NCBI GenBank assembly: GCA_038207335.1
Contig: JBBQZX010000013.1
Span: 71,813 to 135,812 of the forward strand
Reading direction: 5' to 3'
Origin: Chthoniobacterales bacterium
GTDB taxonomy: Bacteria > Verrucomicrobiota > Verrucomicrobiia > Chthoniobacterales > Chthoniobacteraceae
DNA length: 64,000 nucleotides
The position numbers and the translations under genes are program-made. Shown here one piece after another: positions 37,782 through 47,622 of the stretch (position 1 is the stretch's first letter; each line of letters opens with the position of its first letter). The notes under the pieces were generated by a model. That model did not search any database. It saw only the letters and a list, made by a program, of their open reading frames with translations, and was not told where the DNA came from.

Positions 37782-38384
37782 ATGCTCGATCGCCAAGTCC
37801 TCGTCCTCAACCGCCTGTGGCAGGCGATCAATGTCTGCTCCGTGAAGCGGGCATTCACGCTGCTTTGCGCGGGTCATGCACAGGTCGTGTATGCGGATGA
37901 GGAGAAGAACTTTCTGACGCACGATTTCGAGAGCTGGCGCGACTTTTCCACACGCGAGCCGCACGAGGAGATGGTGCATACGATCTCGTTCAAGATCCGC
38001 ATCCCGAGTGTGATCGTGTTGCTGCTCTTTGATCGGATGCCGCGGAAAGAGGTGAAGTTCACCCGCTACAACATCTTCGAGCGCGACAAGAATACGTGCC
38101 AATACTGCGGCAAGGTCTTCGATCGCAAGGAGCTGAATCTCGACCACGTCATCCCGCGCGACAAAGGCGGGGGGACGACTTGGGAAAATATCGTTTGCTC
38201 GTGCATCCCGTGTAACACGCGGAAAGGCAACCGCCTCGCACATCAAGTTGGGATGCACCTCATCCGCAAGCCGGTGCGGCCAAAGTGGCGGCCGTTCGTG
38301 CACATCACCTTCGACACCCAGCTCCATGAGAGCTGGCGGCACTTCATCGACCTGGCGTATTGGAACGTCGAGCTGGGCGACTAG
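37782..38384 (+). CDS. HNH endonuclease family protein
   Basis: VLVLN, RDKNTCQYCG, DHVIP..KGG..TWENIVCSCIPCN..K. Confidence 0.92.
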   Translation: MLDRQVLVLNRLWQAINVCSVKRAFTLLCAGHAQVVYADEEKNFLTHDFESWRDFSTREPHEEMVHTISFKIRIPSVIVLLLFDRMPRKEVKFTRYNIFERDKNTCQYCGKVFDRKELNLDHVIPRDKGGGTTWENIVCSCIPCNTRKGNRLAHQVGMHLIRKPVRPKWRPFVHITFDTQLHESWRHFIDLAYWNVELGD

Positions 38385-39914
38385 CTACTCAGTGGCTACG
38401 TGGCCGCGGATGTCCATGGGGACGAGGGCGGGACGCAGCATGGTGAGGATGGGCTGGGGAAAGACTCCGAAGAAGATGGTGCCGAAGATGAGGGCGCCGA
38501 TAGTCAGGCGGGTGAGGGGGGCGATCTGGATGCGGGTGTCGTCGGTGGGCTCGCTCCAATACATCGCGGCGACGATGCGGAGGTAGTAGTAGAAGCCCGC
38601 GCCGACGGTGATGACGCCGATGGCGACGAGGACGAAGTGGTGGGCTTTGACGGCGGCGGCGAAGATGAGGAGCTTGCCTAGGAAGCCCGCAGTGAAAGGG
38701 ATGCCGGCGAGTGAGAGCATCGCGATGAGCATTCCGAAGGCTAGGAACGGGGAGCGTTTTCCCAGGCCGTTGAAATGGATGATGTCGTCGCCGCGCGAGT
38801 GGTTTGCGACCACGACCATGACTAGGAACGTGAGCAGCGTCATGAGCATGTAGCCGGCGAGGTAGAAGGCGACGGCGGTGTCGCTCGTGCCGAAGCTCGT
38901 GGGAGCTGCGCCGATGCTGGCGACGCCGATGAGCAGGTAGCCTGCGTGAGCGATGCTGGAGTAGGCTAGGAGTCGCTTGAGGTTGTCCTGCGGGAGCGCG
39001 GCGAGGTTGCCGTAAAGGAGACTTAGTGCGGAGAGGACGACCAGCGTGGCGATGATTTTCGGGCCGATGAGGGGCAGGCTGATGAAGGGCTGGAGGACGC
39101 GGATGAGGACGATGAAGCCGGCGGCTTTGGACCCGATGGAGAGGAAGGCGGTGATGGGTGTGGGTGCGCCTTGATAGACGTCGGGGACCCAGAATTGGAA
39201 GGGGGCGGCGGCGACTTTGAAGCCGAGGCCGACGAGGACGAGCATGAGGCCGAAGAGGAGGGCGGTCTCGGAGCCGTGGAGGCGTCCGCCGAGTGCGAGC
39301 ATGTCTGGAAGCGCGTGGGAGATTCGGACGAGGTTGGTTTCGCCAGTCAGGCCGAAAATCCAAGTGATGCCATAGACCAGGAAGCCGGTGCTGAGTGCGC
39401 CGAGGATGAGATATTTCACCCCGGCCTCGAGCGATGTGCTCTGGCGGCGCATGTAGGCGACTAGGATGTAGAAGCTGATGGTGACGAGTTCCAGCGAGAC
39501 GAAGATGAGCAGGAAGTCGATCGCCGATGCCATGAACATGAGGCCAGCACAGGTGAAGATCGGCAGGGCAAAGAACTCGCCGGTGCCTGCGCCGGGCTCG
39601 ATTCCCGGCACGGCGCGGCTGAGGACGCCGCGGTATTCGCTGGCCATGACCAGCACGACGATGGTTGTCAGGAGGGCGATCCTTTTGAAGAAGAGAGCCG
39701 TGGAATCGGCGGTGTAAAAGGAATTGGCAAGATCGACGCCGGTATCGCCGGATGTGAAGAATGACCACGCGAAGACAACGGCGAGGACGAAGATCGAGGT
39801 CTTCACCATCCAGCGCTTGTCAGGGCCTTTGGCGAAGGACTCGGCAAAAAGAAGCGCGATGCCGAGGAGTAGGACGACGACTTCAAGAGTGAGCGGTGAA
39901 AGCGGAGCGGGCAT
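38385..39914 (-). CDS. nuoN: NADH-quinone oxidoreductase subunit N
   Basis: EAGVKY, FKVAAAPFQFWVPDVYQGAP, KRLLAYSSIAHAG. Confidence 0.95.
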   Translation of the reverse strand: MPAPLSPLTLEVVVLLLGIALLFAESFAKGPDKRWMVKTSIFVLAVVFAWSFFTSGDTGVDLANSFYTADSTALFFKRIALLTTIVVLVMASEYRGVLSRAVPGIEPGAGTGEFFALPIFTCAGLMFMASAIDFLLIFVSLELVTISFYILVAYMRRQSTSLEAGVKYLILGALSTGFLVYGITWIFGLTGETNLVRISHALPDMLALGGRLHGSETALLFGLMLVLVGLGFKVAAAPFQFWVPDVYQGAPTPITAFLSIGSKAAGFIVLIRVLQPFISLPLIGPKIIATLVVLSALSLLYGNLAALPQDNLKRLLAYSSIAHAGYLLIGVASIGAAPTSFGTSDTAVAFYLAGYMLMTLLTFLVMVVVANHSRGDDIIHFNGLGKRSPFLAFGMLIAMLSLAGIPFTAGFLGKLLIFAAAVKAHHFVLVAIGVITVGAGFYYYLRIVAAMYWSEPTDDTRIQIAPLTRLTIGALIFGTIFFGVFPQPILTMLRPALVPMDIRGHVATE

Positions 39915-39920
39915 GACTAA

Positions 39921-41426
39921 TCAGCGTGGGAGCAGCGCCTCGATGCTGGGCTTGAGAAAGGCAAGGACGCTCGATGGGAAGAAGCCTGCGATAAGGAGCG
40001 CGGCGAGGAGCAGGATGACTGGCATCTTGATCGCGAAGGTGGCAACTGGCCACGCGGTAGATTCTTTTTTCAACGGGCCGAGGAAGACCGCGCGATAGGC
40101 TCGCAGCATATAGACTGCGGAGATGACGACGCCCCAGAGTGCGAAGATCGTGGCGAGGCGATAGTTCGATGTGAAGGCGGGGGCGGCGCCGGGCTGATAG
40201 GCTCCGAAGAAGACCATGAGTTCGCTGGCGAAGTTCGCGAAGCCGGGCAGGCCGATCGAGGCGAAGGCCGCGCAGCCGAAGGCCGCGCCGAGGAAAGGCA
40301 TGGTCTTTCCCAATCCGCCGAGTGTGGCGAAGGAAAGCGAAGGACTTTGCGGGCGGAGTTGGCCTGTGATTGCAAAGAGCGCGGCGATGGAAAGGCCGTG
40401 CGCGAACATGAGGAGTGCAGCGCCGCTGAGGCCGACAATATTGAAGGCGGCGATGCCCAGGAAGATGTAGCCCATGTGCATCACGCTCGAGTAGCCGAGC
40501 ATGAGGTCGAGCTTGTGCTGCGCGATGGTGACGAAGCCGATGTAGATGATATTGGCGACCAGCAGGAGAAGGAGCAGCCATGCCCAATGCTGGGCGCCCG
40601 CGGGGAGCAGGGGAATCGAGAGGCGGATGAGGCCGTAGAGTCCGAATTTTTTCAGGACGCCTGCGTGAAGCATGGCGGCGGGAGTGGGCGCGGAGGCGTA
40701 GGCGGTGGGAGCCCAGGAGTGGAAGGGGAACAGCGAGATGAGTGTCCCGAACCCAACGAGCAGGATGAAGTAGGGGCGGATTTGCGCTGCGACTGGGATG
40801 AGCGGCTGGCCGGTCGCGGCGAGATGCGCGGCAGCGGCCTTTTGCAGCGCGATCATGTCGAAGCCGCGGGTGAAGGTGTCCCACTTGGCGGGGATGGCGT
40901 TGTAGAGATCGATCAGACCGATGAGCAGCACGAAGCTGCCGAGCGCGAGATAGATGGTGATCTTCCACGCGGCGGTCTGTCGCTCGCCGGAGCCCCAGAG
41001 GCCGATGAGCAGGAACGTGGGGATGAGCGCGAGTTCGTGGAATGCGTAGAAGAAGAATAGGTCTGCCGATGCAAAGGCGCCGGTCGCGCCGGCGGCGATG
41101 AAGAGTAGGCAGGCGTAGAAGAGGTTCTCGCGCCGCTCGAAGCGCGGCGTGATCCAGACTGCGGCGAAGGTGACGATCGCCGTGAGGAGAAGCATGACGA
41201 GGCTGAGGCCGTCCGCGGCGAGGCGGTAGCTCAGGTTCCACTCCGGCACGATGGGGGAGGAGGAGACGAACTGGTATCCGCCGGCTGCCTTGTCATAGCT
41301 CAGCAGGGCGAAGAGCGTGAGGAGCAGGCTGGCGGTGGAGGCGACGAGGGAGGTCTTGCGGCCGGGCGCGCCTAGCAGGATCGCCAGCGCGGCTAGGTTG
41401 GGGATGAAGATGAGAAGATTGAGCAT
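39921..41426 (-). CDS. nuoM: NADH-quinone oxidoreductase subunit M
   Basis: DGLS, FPFHSWAP, YSSVMHMG, GLPGFANF; position between nuoL and nuoN. Confidence 0.94.
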   Translation of the reverse strand: MLNLLIFIPNLAALAILLGAPGRKTSLVASTASLLLTLFALLSYDKAAGGYQFVSSSPIVPEWNLSYRLAADGLSLVMLLLTAIVTFAAVWITPRFERRENLFYACLLFIAAGATGAFASADLFFFYAFHELALIPTFLLIGLWGSGERQTAAWKITIYLALGSFVLLIGLIDLYNAIPAKWDTFTRGFDMIALQKAAAAHLAATGQPLIPVAAQIRPYFILLVGFGTLISLFPFHSWAPTAYASAPTPAAMLHAGVLKKFGLYGLIRLSIPLLPAGAQHWAWLLLLLLVANIIYIGFVTIAQHKLDLMLGYSSVMHMGYIFLGIAAFNIVGLSGAALLMFAHGLSIAALFAITGQLRPQSPSLSFATLGGLGKTMPFLGAAFGCAAFASIGLPGFANFASELMVFFGAYQPGAAPAFTSNYRLATIFALWGVVISAVYMLRAYRAVFLGPLKKESTAWPVATFAIKMPVILLLAALLIAGFFPSSVLAFLKPSIEALLPR

Positions 41427-41441
41427 CGCGGATGGGTCGTC

Positions 41442-43268
41442 TTATTTCGCGAAGACCATAAAGTAGATCAGCGCGACGACGCCGATGCCGAAGAGAAACG
41501 AGTAGGCTTGCAAATTTCCCCACTGAAGGAAGCGCAGAACAAAGCCCGCGCCCCACGCGCCGCCGCTGAGACCGCGGACGCCGATGCCGTCAAGAATCCA
41601 CTTGTCGAACCATGCAAGGATGCGGGCGAAGAGGTCTTGAGTTCCAGCGATGAGCGCGGCGTAGAGTTCGTCGATGTAGAACTTGTTTTTGAAAAGCGGG
41701 ATGAGGATCGGGTCTTTCGCTTTGCCTGAGTAGAGCACGTAAGCTCCCCCGGTTCCGGCTAAGAAGGAGAGGGTCGCGAGGATCATGACCGGGACGGAGC
41801 CTCCGCCTTCGTGGAGGAGATGCAAAGTGTGGGATGATACTTCGCCGAGGGCGTAGTTTTGAATCCACGGCCAACCTGCGATGACGGAGAAGAGGCCTAG
41901 GATCATGAGCGGTCCGGTCATTGCGATCGGGCCATCGTGGCCGTGCGCGGCGGCGTCGGTGCGCGACTTTCCGAGGAAGACGACAACGAACAGACGCGTC
42001 ATGTAGAAGGCGGTGAGGAAAGCGGTGAACAGGGCCAGCGCGAAGATCGCGGTGTTGTGCTGCCAGGCTGCGAGTAGGATGAGGTCTTTTGAGAAGAAGC
42101 CGCTGAAGAAGGGGCAACCGATGAGAGCCAGGAAGCCCGCGGTGAAGGTGAGGAAGGTGACGCGCATCCGGCTGCTGAGGCCGCCCATGTGCCAGATGTT
42201 TTGCTCGTGGTGGAGCGCGTGAATGATGGCGCCTGCGCCGAGAAAGAGCAGGGCCTTGAAGAAGGCGTGCGTGAACAAGTGGAACATGGCCGCGCCGGGA
42301 GCTGCGAGGCCGATGGCGCTGATCATGTAGCCAAGCTGCGAAAGGGTGGAGTAGGCGAGGATGCGTTTGATGTCGTCCTGCTGCGTGGCCATGAGCGCGG
42401 CGAAGACGGCAGTGACTATGCCGATCCATGCGATGACTGTCTGCGCGTCGGGCGAGAGCGCGACGAGGAAGTAAACGCGGGCCAGCATGTAAACGCCGGC
42501 GGCGACCATGGTGGCGGCGTGGATGAGCGCGGAGACGGGCGTCGGGCCTTCCATCGCGTCGGGAAGCCAGACGTGGAGGGGGAGTTGCGCTGACTTGCCG
42601 ACTGCGCCGCAGAAGACGAGGAGTGTCGCGGCGGTGAGGAAGTCGGCGGAAAGGTTCAAGGTGCCGATTTTCGCGGCAATCTCAGGGAACACAACGGAGC
42701 CAGTGGCGCTCCAAACCATAAGGATTCCCAGCATGAATCCGAAGTCGCCGATGCGGTTCGTGATGAAGGCTTTGTTTGCCGCGGCGGCGGCTGAGTCTCG
42801 CGTGAACCAATGGCCGATAAGCAGGTAGGAGCTGACGCCGACGAGTTCCCAGAAGATGAACATCATCGCAAAGTTGTTTGCGAGGACGATGCCTAGCATC
42901 GAGAACATGAAGAGCGACAGGTTGCCAAAGTAACGGGACTTGGCTTCGTCGTGCTCCATGTAGATGAGCGAGTAGATGTGAATGAGCGCGCCGATGCCGG
43001 TGACGACGAGCAGCATGAGCCGACTCAACGGGTCGATGATGAAGCCGATCGGGATGCGAAGCGCGGGACCGAAGTCGAGCCACGGGACTTCGATGGGAGC
43101 GCCGGATTGGCCGGAGAACCAGATGCCGACGGCTGCGAGAAGGCCGAAGCACGCGGAAAGGACGGAGACGGTCGCGCTCGTGCCGGAGGAGCGCCGGAGC
43201 ACGAGATGGATGAGCGCTGCCGAGACGAGCGGATTGAGCAGGATGAACCAGGGAAGATGCGGATCCAT
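41442..43268 (-). CDS. nuoL: NADH-quinone oxidoreductase subunit L
   Basis: NRIGDFG, GKSAQLPLHVWLPDAMEGPTPVSALIHAATMV, HAFFKALLF. Confidence 0.96.
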   Translation of the reverse strand: MDPHLPWFILLNPLVSAALIHLVLRRSSGTSATVSVLSACFGLLAAVGIWFSGQSGAPIEVPWLDFGPALRIPIGFIIDPLSRLMLLVVTGIGALIHIYSLIYMEHDEAKSRYFGNLSLFMFSMLGIVLANNFAMMFIFWELVGVSSYLLIGHWFTRDSAAAAANKAFITNRIGDFGFMLGILMVWSATGSVVFPEIAAKIGTLNLSADFLTAATLLVFCGAVGKSAQLPLHVWLPDAMEGPTPVSALIHAATMVAAGVYMLARVYFLVALSPDAQTVIAWIGIVTAVFAALMATQQDDIKRILAYSTLSQLGYMISAIGLAAPGAAMFHLFTHAFFKALLFLGAGAIIHALHHEQNIWHMGGLSSRMRVTFLTFTAGFLALIGCPFFSGFFSKDLILLAAWQHNTAIFALALFTAFLTAFYMTRLFVVVFLGKSRTDAAAHGHDGPIAMTGPLMILGLFSVIAGWPWIQNYALGEVSSHTLHLLHEGGGSVPVMILATLSFLAGTGGAYVLYSGKAKDPILIPLFKNKFYIDELYAALIAGTQDLFARILAWFDKWILDGIGVRGLSGGAWGAGFVLRFLQWGNLQAYSFLFGIGVVALIYFMVFAK

Positions 43269-43269
43269 G

Positions 43270-43593
43270 CTAGAACTTGAGCGTGCTGATGTCCTCGACA
43301 TGCGTTGTCTGTCGTGCGCGGAAAAGCGCGACGATGATGGCGAGGCCTACGGCGACTTCGGCGGCGGCGACTGTGATGATGAAGAAGACGAGGACTTGGG
43401 CGTTGTAGTTTGGCAAGCCGGCGGCGTTCACATTGAAGCGGCTGAAGGCGACGAGGGAAAGGTTGGCGGCGTTCAGCATGAGCTCGAGGCACATGAAGAT
43501 GGTGATGATATTCCGCCGGAGCAGAACGCCGGCGAAGCCTGTGGCGAAGAGCAGGCCGCTGACGAGGAGGTAGTCGTTGAGTGTCAGCGTCAT
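43270..43593 (-). CDS. nuoK: NADH-quinone oxidoreductase subunit K
   Basis: RRN...[18 protein letters not shown]. Confidence 0.95.
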   Translation of the reverse strand: MTLTLNDYLLVSGLLFATGFAGVLLRRNIITIFMCLELMLNAANLSLVAFSRFNVNAAGLPNYNAQVLVFFIITVAAAEVAVGLAIIVALFRARQTTHVEDISTLKF

Positions 43594-44093
43594 TTGAGCT
43601 CTCGCTTTGATAGGATGACGACGCCGACGGTGGAGACGAGGAGCAGGACGCCGACGACTTGGAAGGGGAGATTGTGCGTGGTGAAGAGGGTCATGCCGAC
43701 TTCACGAACGTCGTCGATTTTCTCGGCGCGCAGGGCGGGGAAAGGAGTGGCGCCGAGTGAGAAGCGCTCAAGGACGATGATGAGTTCGGCGACGAAGCCG
43801 AGGGTGACGAGTCCGCCGCCCGCGGATGCGAGGAGATTGAATTTACGGCGCTGCTCGGTCTTCAAATCGAGCAGCATGATAATGAAGAGGAAGAGCACCA
43901 TGACCGCGCCGGCATAGACGAGGACTTGGATGACGGCGACGAAGTAGGCATCGAGGCCGACGAACAAGGCGGCGAGGCAAAGGAACGAGACGACGAGACT
44001 CAGCGCGCTGGCGACTGGGTTGCGGTTGATGACCACGGAGACTCCGAAGAGGATCATCAGCGCGGCAAAGAACCAAAAGAGAATGGGAGACAT
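43590..44093 (-). CDS. nuoJ: NADH-quinone oxidoreductase subunit J
   Basis: [27 protein letters not shown]. Confidence 0.95.
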   Translation of the reverse strand: MSPILFWFFAALMILFGVSVVINRNPVASALSLVVSFLCLAALFVGLDAYFVAVIQVLVYAGAVMVLFLFIIMLLDLKTEQRRKFNLLASAGGGLVTLGFVAELIIVLERFSLGATPFPALRAEKIDDVREVGMTLFTTHNLPFQVVGVLLLVSTVGVVILSKRELK

Positions 44094-44179
44094 CTGAACT
44101 AAGGATTTGGAATTTAGAATTTAGGAAGTGCGGAGCACGCGCTGCCTCGATACGCTAAATTGTTCATTGCAGAATTGGA

Positions 44180-44710
44180 TCACTTGTCCGGGTTCCATTT
44201 GTGAATGAGTCCGTCGAAGACTCCTCCCAGCTCGTAGAGCTTCTTTTTGTCGTGAACCATCTCGGCGCGGGTCACGCCGGTGATTGCGTAGTCTTTGCGG
44301 AGGAAGATGGCTTGCTCGGGGCAGACTTCCTCGCACATGCCGCAGTAGATGCAGCGGATCATGTCGATGTCGAAGGCTTGCGGGCGCTTCTCGACTTTGG
44401 CGAATTTGTTGTCCGATGGGATCTCCTCGGGCTTGATCGTGATGGCGCGGGGCGGGCAGATGAACTCGCAAAGCTGGCAGGCGACGCAGCGCTCGCGGCC
44501 GTGCTCGTCGGTGACGAGTGTCGGTGCGCCACGGTAGTGCTCCGGCATGCTGGCGTCCCACTTCTGCTCGGGATATTGCATGACGACCTTGGTTTCACCT
44601 TTAAGCATCCGCTTGAGGTGCTTGAAGGTGATCGCCATGCCGGCAACGATGCTCGGGAGGTAGATTTTCTCCCAGAAGGTGAGCTTGGGGCGTGGGACGG
44701 TATAGGCCAT
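44180..44710 (-). CDS. nuoI: NADH-quinone oxidoreductase subunit I
   Basis: CVACQLCEFICP and CIYCGMCEEVCP, two [4Fe-4S] motifs. Confidence 0.96.
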   Translation of the reverse strand: MAYTVPRPKLTFWEKIYLPSIVAGMAITFKHLKRMLKGETKVVMQYPEQKWDASMPEHYRGAPTLVTDEHGRERCVACQLCEFICPPRAITIKPEEIPSDNKFAKVEKRPQAFDIDMIRCIYCGMCEEVCPEQAIFLRKDYAITGVTRAEMVHDKKKLYELGGVFDGLIHKWNPDK

Positions 44711-44719
44711 TGCGCGGGA

Positions 44720-45883
44720 CTAGGTGAAGGCCAGAATGGCTGCGGTGATGAAGATATTCACCAATGCGATTTCAAAGAGGTAGAGCCAGCCGAGCTTCAT
44801 GAGCTGGTCGTAGCGAAAGCGGGGCAATGTCCAGCGCACCCAGATGAAGATGACCAGAAGGAGCGCTACTTTCGCGAAGAAGACGGTAATATTCACAATA
44901 CCCCAAACCCATGCGGGTATGCTGTGAAGGAAATCGAAGCCACCAACTACAGTGTTATTCGCAACATAGGGAATGAATGGGAGGTGCCAGCCGCCGAGGA
45001 AGAGGACGACGATGAGTGCGGAGCCGGCGATCATCGCGGTGTATTCGCCGAGGAAGAAGAGGGCGAATTTCATCGAGGAATACTCGGTGTGGTAGCCGGC
45101 GACTAGCTCGGTTTCGGATTCGGGGAGGTCGAAGGGGAGGCGGTTTGTCTCCGCGAACATCGAGATGGTGAAGGTGACGAATGCCAGGAAGATGGGCAGC
45201 CACAGGAGTAGCTCGCGGAAGCTCAGTGCGCCGTCGGTGAACGGGAGGAGCATCCAGCCGTGGAGGACTTGGTAATCGACGATGCGGCTGAGTCCGCTCG
45301 AACTGGCGACGAGCAGGACAGGAACGGCACTGAGGCCCATGCAGAGCTCGTAGCTGATCATCTGCGAGGTGCTGCGGATGCCCCCGAGGAAGGAATATTT
45401 AGAGTTCGATGACCAGCCGGCCAGGACAATGCCATAGACGCTGACGCTGGAGATGGCGAACATGAAGAGCAGGCCGACGTTGATGTCGGCGACTACCATT
45501 TTCACTCCCAGGAACTCGCTGCCAAATGGGATGGCCGAAAGGGTGACGAGCGCCGGCATCATGGCGAGCGCGGGGGCGAGCCAGAAGTAGGGCTTGTTGA
45601 CGTGGCCGGGTGTGAAGTCTTCCTTTAGGATGAACTTCAAAGCGTCGGCGACGGGCTGGCCGAGGCCGCCGAGCCACGGGGAGAAGTCTTTCTTGAATCC
45701 TAGCAGTGTCAGGGGAAAGCCAGTGCGATTCGGGCCGACGCGATCTTGGATCAATGCGCTGACGCGGCGCTCGGCATAGACGGTGTAGCTCACCATCGGC
45801 AGCACGACGAGGAAGATCAGGAAAATCGTCTTCGCGAGCGAGGTGAGGATCAGGAACCACGGGATGGAGCTGAAGAGGTCCAT
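44720..45883 (-). CDS. nuoH: NADH-quinone oxidoreductase subunit H
   Basis: ERR...QDRVGPNR, AETNRLPFDLPE, RWTLPRFRYDQLM. Confidence 0.96.
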   Translation of the reverse strand: MDLFSSIPWFLILTSLAKTIFLIFLVVLPMVSYTVYAERRVSALIQDRVGPNRTGFPLTLLGFKKDFSPWLGGLGQPVADALKFILKEDFTPGHVNKPYFWLAPALAMMPALVTLSAIPFGSEFLGVKMVVADINVGLLFMFAISSVSVYGIVLAGWSSNSKYSFLGGIRSTSQMISYELCMGLSAVPVLLVASSSGLSRIVDYQVLHGWMLLPFTDGALSFRELLLWLPIFLAFVTFTISMFAETNRLPFDLPESETELVAGYHTEYSSMKFALFFLGEYTAMIAGSALIVVLFLGGWHLPFIPYVANNTVVGGFDFLHSIPAWVWGIVNITVFFAKVALLLVIFIWVRWTLPRFRYDQLMKLGWLYLFEIALVNIFITAAILAFT

Positions 45884-45884
45884 G

Positions 45885-47561
45885 TTACTTAGCTGCCGCG
45901 ACGGCTTTGGCGGCTTCCTCGGTTTTCGGTTGGAGGAGTTGCACGCCCAGGTCGCCGATTTTACTCAAGCTAAGGTTCGCGAACTCTGCGTACTCGCTGC
46001 TCATTGCCTTGAAGGTGTCCTCGATCGAGGCGAGGCCGTTTCCGCCGCCGAGCGAGGCGAGGAGATCGCGCAGGATTTCCCAGTCATCGCGGGCTTCGCC
46101 GGGAGGATTGACGGCGCGGTTGAGGCGTTGCAGGCGGCCGTTGAGATTGATGAGCGATCCGCGCTTTTCCACCCAACCGCTGGAGGGGAGCAGCACGTCG
46201 GCGTGAGGCGTGGTCTTGTTTGGGAGAAGGTCGATCGCGATGACGGCGCACTTCGCCAGCTCGGCTTCGCTGAGGCCGCACTTGGTCGCATCTTCAAAGC
46301 AGATGAGGGCTTTGATCTTGCCGCTTTTCACGCCGTCGGCGAGGCGCTGGAGGCGGGAGCCGGGCTTCGAACCGCACAGGGCGAATAGCTTTGCGCCGGA
46401 GGTGTTTGGGTTGCGGTCGGCGGGGATGAGGATGCCGTCGGGCTCGCCGGTTCGCGGGAGGATGTCGTGCTGCTTTTGGATGCCGAGGGCGTCGATGAGA
46501 CGGGCGCACAGGAACATCTCTTCGTTCGTCATGCGCGCGGAGGCGATCATGGCGACGGACTCGCTCGGGCAGGCTTTGAGAATCTGCGCGGCGATGGAGA
46601 CCGCGGAGCGCCAATCGACGGGCTGGCCTTTGACCATCGGCGTCTTGAGCCGTTTAGGGTCCTGAATGTATTTGAAGTTGAGACGGTGCGAGTCGGGAAG
46701 CCAAACGCCGTTGACGTCGTTGTTCTCGCGGGGCGTGATGCGGTAGATCGTGCTCTCGCGGGCGCCGACGGTGATGTTACTGCCGAGGCCGTCGTTCACG
46801 TCGATGGTCTTGGTTTCTTGGAGAAACCAGACGCGCATCTTGAAGCGGAAGTCGCTGGAGGTGAGGGCTCCGACGGGGCAGATATCGACGGTATTGAGCG
46901 AGTAGTTGGAATCGAGCTGGCGGTCGGGATGACACGCGATGGTGGAGAAGCTGCCGCGATCGACGAAGCCTAGCACGTCGTCGTTGGCGACTTCTTTCAT
47001 GAAGCGAATGCAGCGCGAGCAAAGGACGCAGCGCTCGGCGTCGAGCGTGACACGCGGGCCCAGTTCGATGTTCTTGGGTTTCTTGACTTTGCGCTCGAGG
47101 AAGCGGGAACCGGCGTTGCCATATTCGACGGAGAACTCCTGCAAGCGGCACTCGCCGGCCTGGTCGCATATTGGGCAGTCGAGCGGATGGTTGATAAGTA
47201 GGAATTCCATCACGCCCTGTCGGCATTCCTGGACCATTGGGGAGTTGGTGCGGACTCCCATTCCCTCGGAAACGTCCTGTGCGCAGGAGATTTGCGGGCG
47301 GGGAATCCACGCGATCTCGGGCTTTCCGTCCGCGCCGATCACGGGCTTGCGATCGGGGGTCATCTTCGGCATCCCGAGTTCGACGAGACACATGCGGCAG
47401 TTGCCGGGCGAGCTGAGTTTCGGATGGTAGCAGTAACGCGGGATGAATTTCTGCGCCTGCGAGCACGCTTCGATGAGGCGCGTGCCTTTCGGGAATTGCA
47501 TCCAGACTCCGTCGATTTGGACGTTGAGCATCTGGATTTCGGTGGAGACGGCGGCGCTCAT
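45885..47561 (-). CDS. nuoG: NADH-quinone oxidoreductase subunit G (short form, 558 aa)
   Basis: CYHP..GNCRMC, NHPLDCPICDQAGEC, CVLCSRC, DICPVGAL. Confidence 0.93.
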   Translation of the reverse strand: MSAAVSTEIQMLNVQIDGVWMQFPKGTRLIEACSQAQKFIPRYCYHPKLSSPGNCRMCLVELGMPKMTPDRKPVIGADGKPEIAWIPRPQISCAQDVSEGMGVRTNSPMVQECRQGVMEFLLINHPLDCPICDQAGECRLQEFSVEYGNAGSRFLERKVKKPKNIELGPRVTLDAERCVLCSRCIRFMKEVANDDVLGFVDRGSFSTIACHPDRQLDSNYSLNTVDICPVGALTSSDFRFKMRVWFLQETKTIDVNDGLGSNITVGARESTIYRITPRENNDVNGVWLPDSHRLNFKYIQDPKRLKTPMVKGQPVDWRSAVSIAAQILKACPSESVAMIASARMTNEEMFLCARLIDALGIQKQHDILPRTGEPDGILIPADRNPNTSGAKLFALCGSKPGSRLQRLADGVKSGKIKALICFEDATKCGLSEAELAKCAVIAIDLLPNKTTPHADVLLPSSGWVEKRGSLINLNGRLQRLNRAVNPPGEARDDWEILRDLLASLGGGNGLASIEDTFKAMSSEYAEFANLSLSKIGDLGVQLLQPKTEEAAKAVAAAK

Positions 47562-47622
47562 TTTAAGCAGAAAAACGGAAAAGCGGGAAAGCTAGGAATG
47601 TTAGATGTGTTATCCTTAAACA

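Noticed and set aside
37782..38384. HNH gene as a homing endonuclease or defence system
   Set aside because: No intron, methylase or other defence genes are adjacent; it resembles the widespread stand-alone VLVLN-type HNH family
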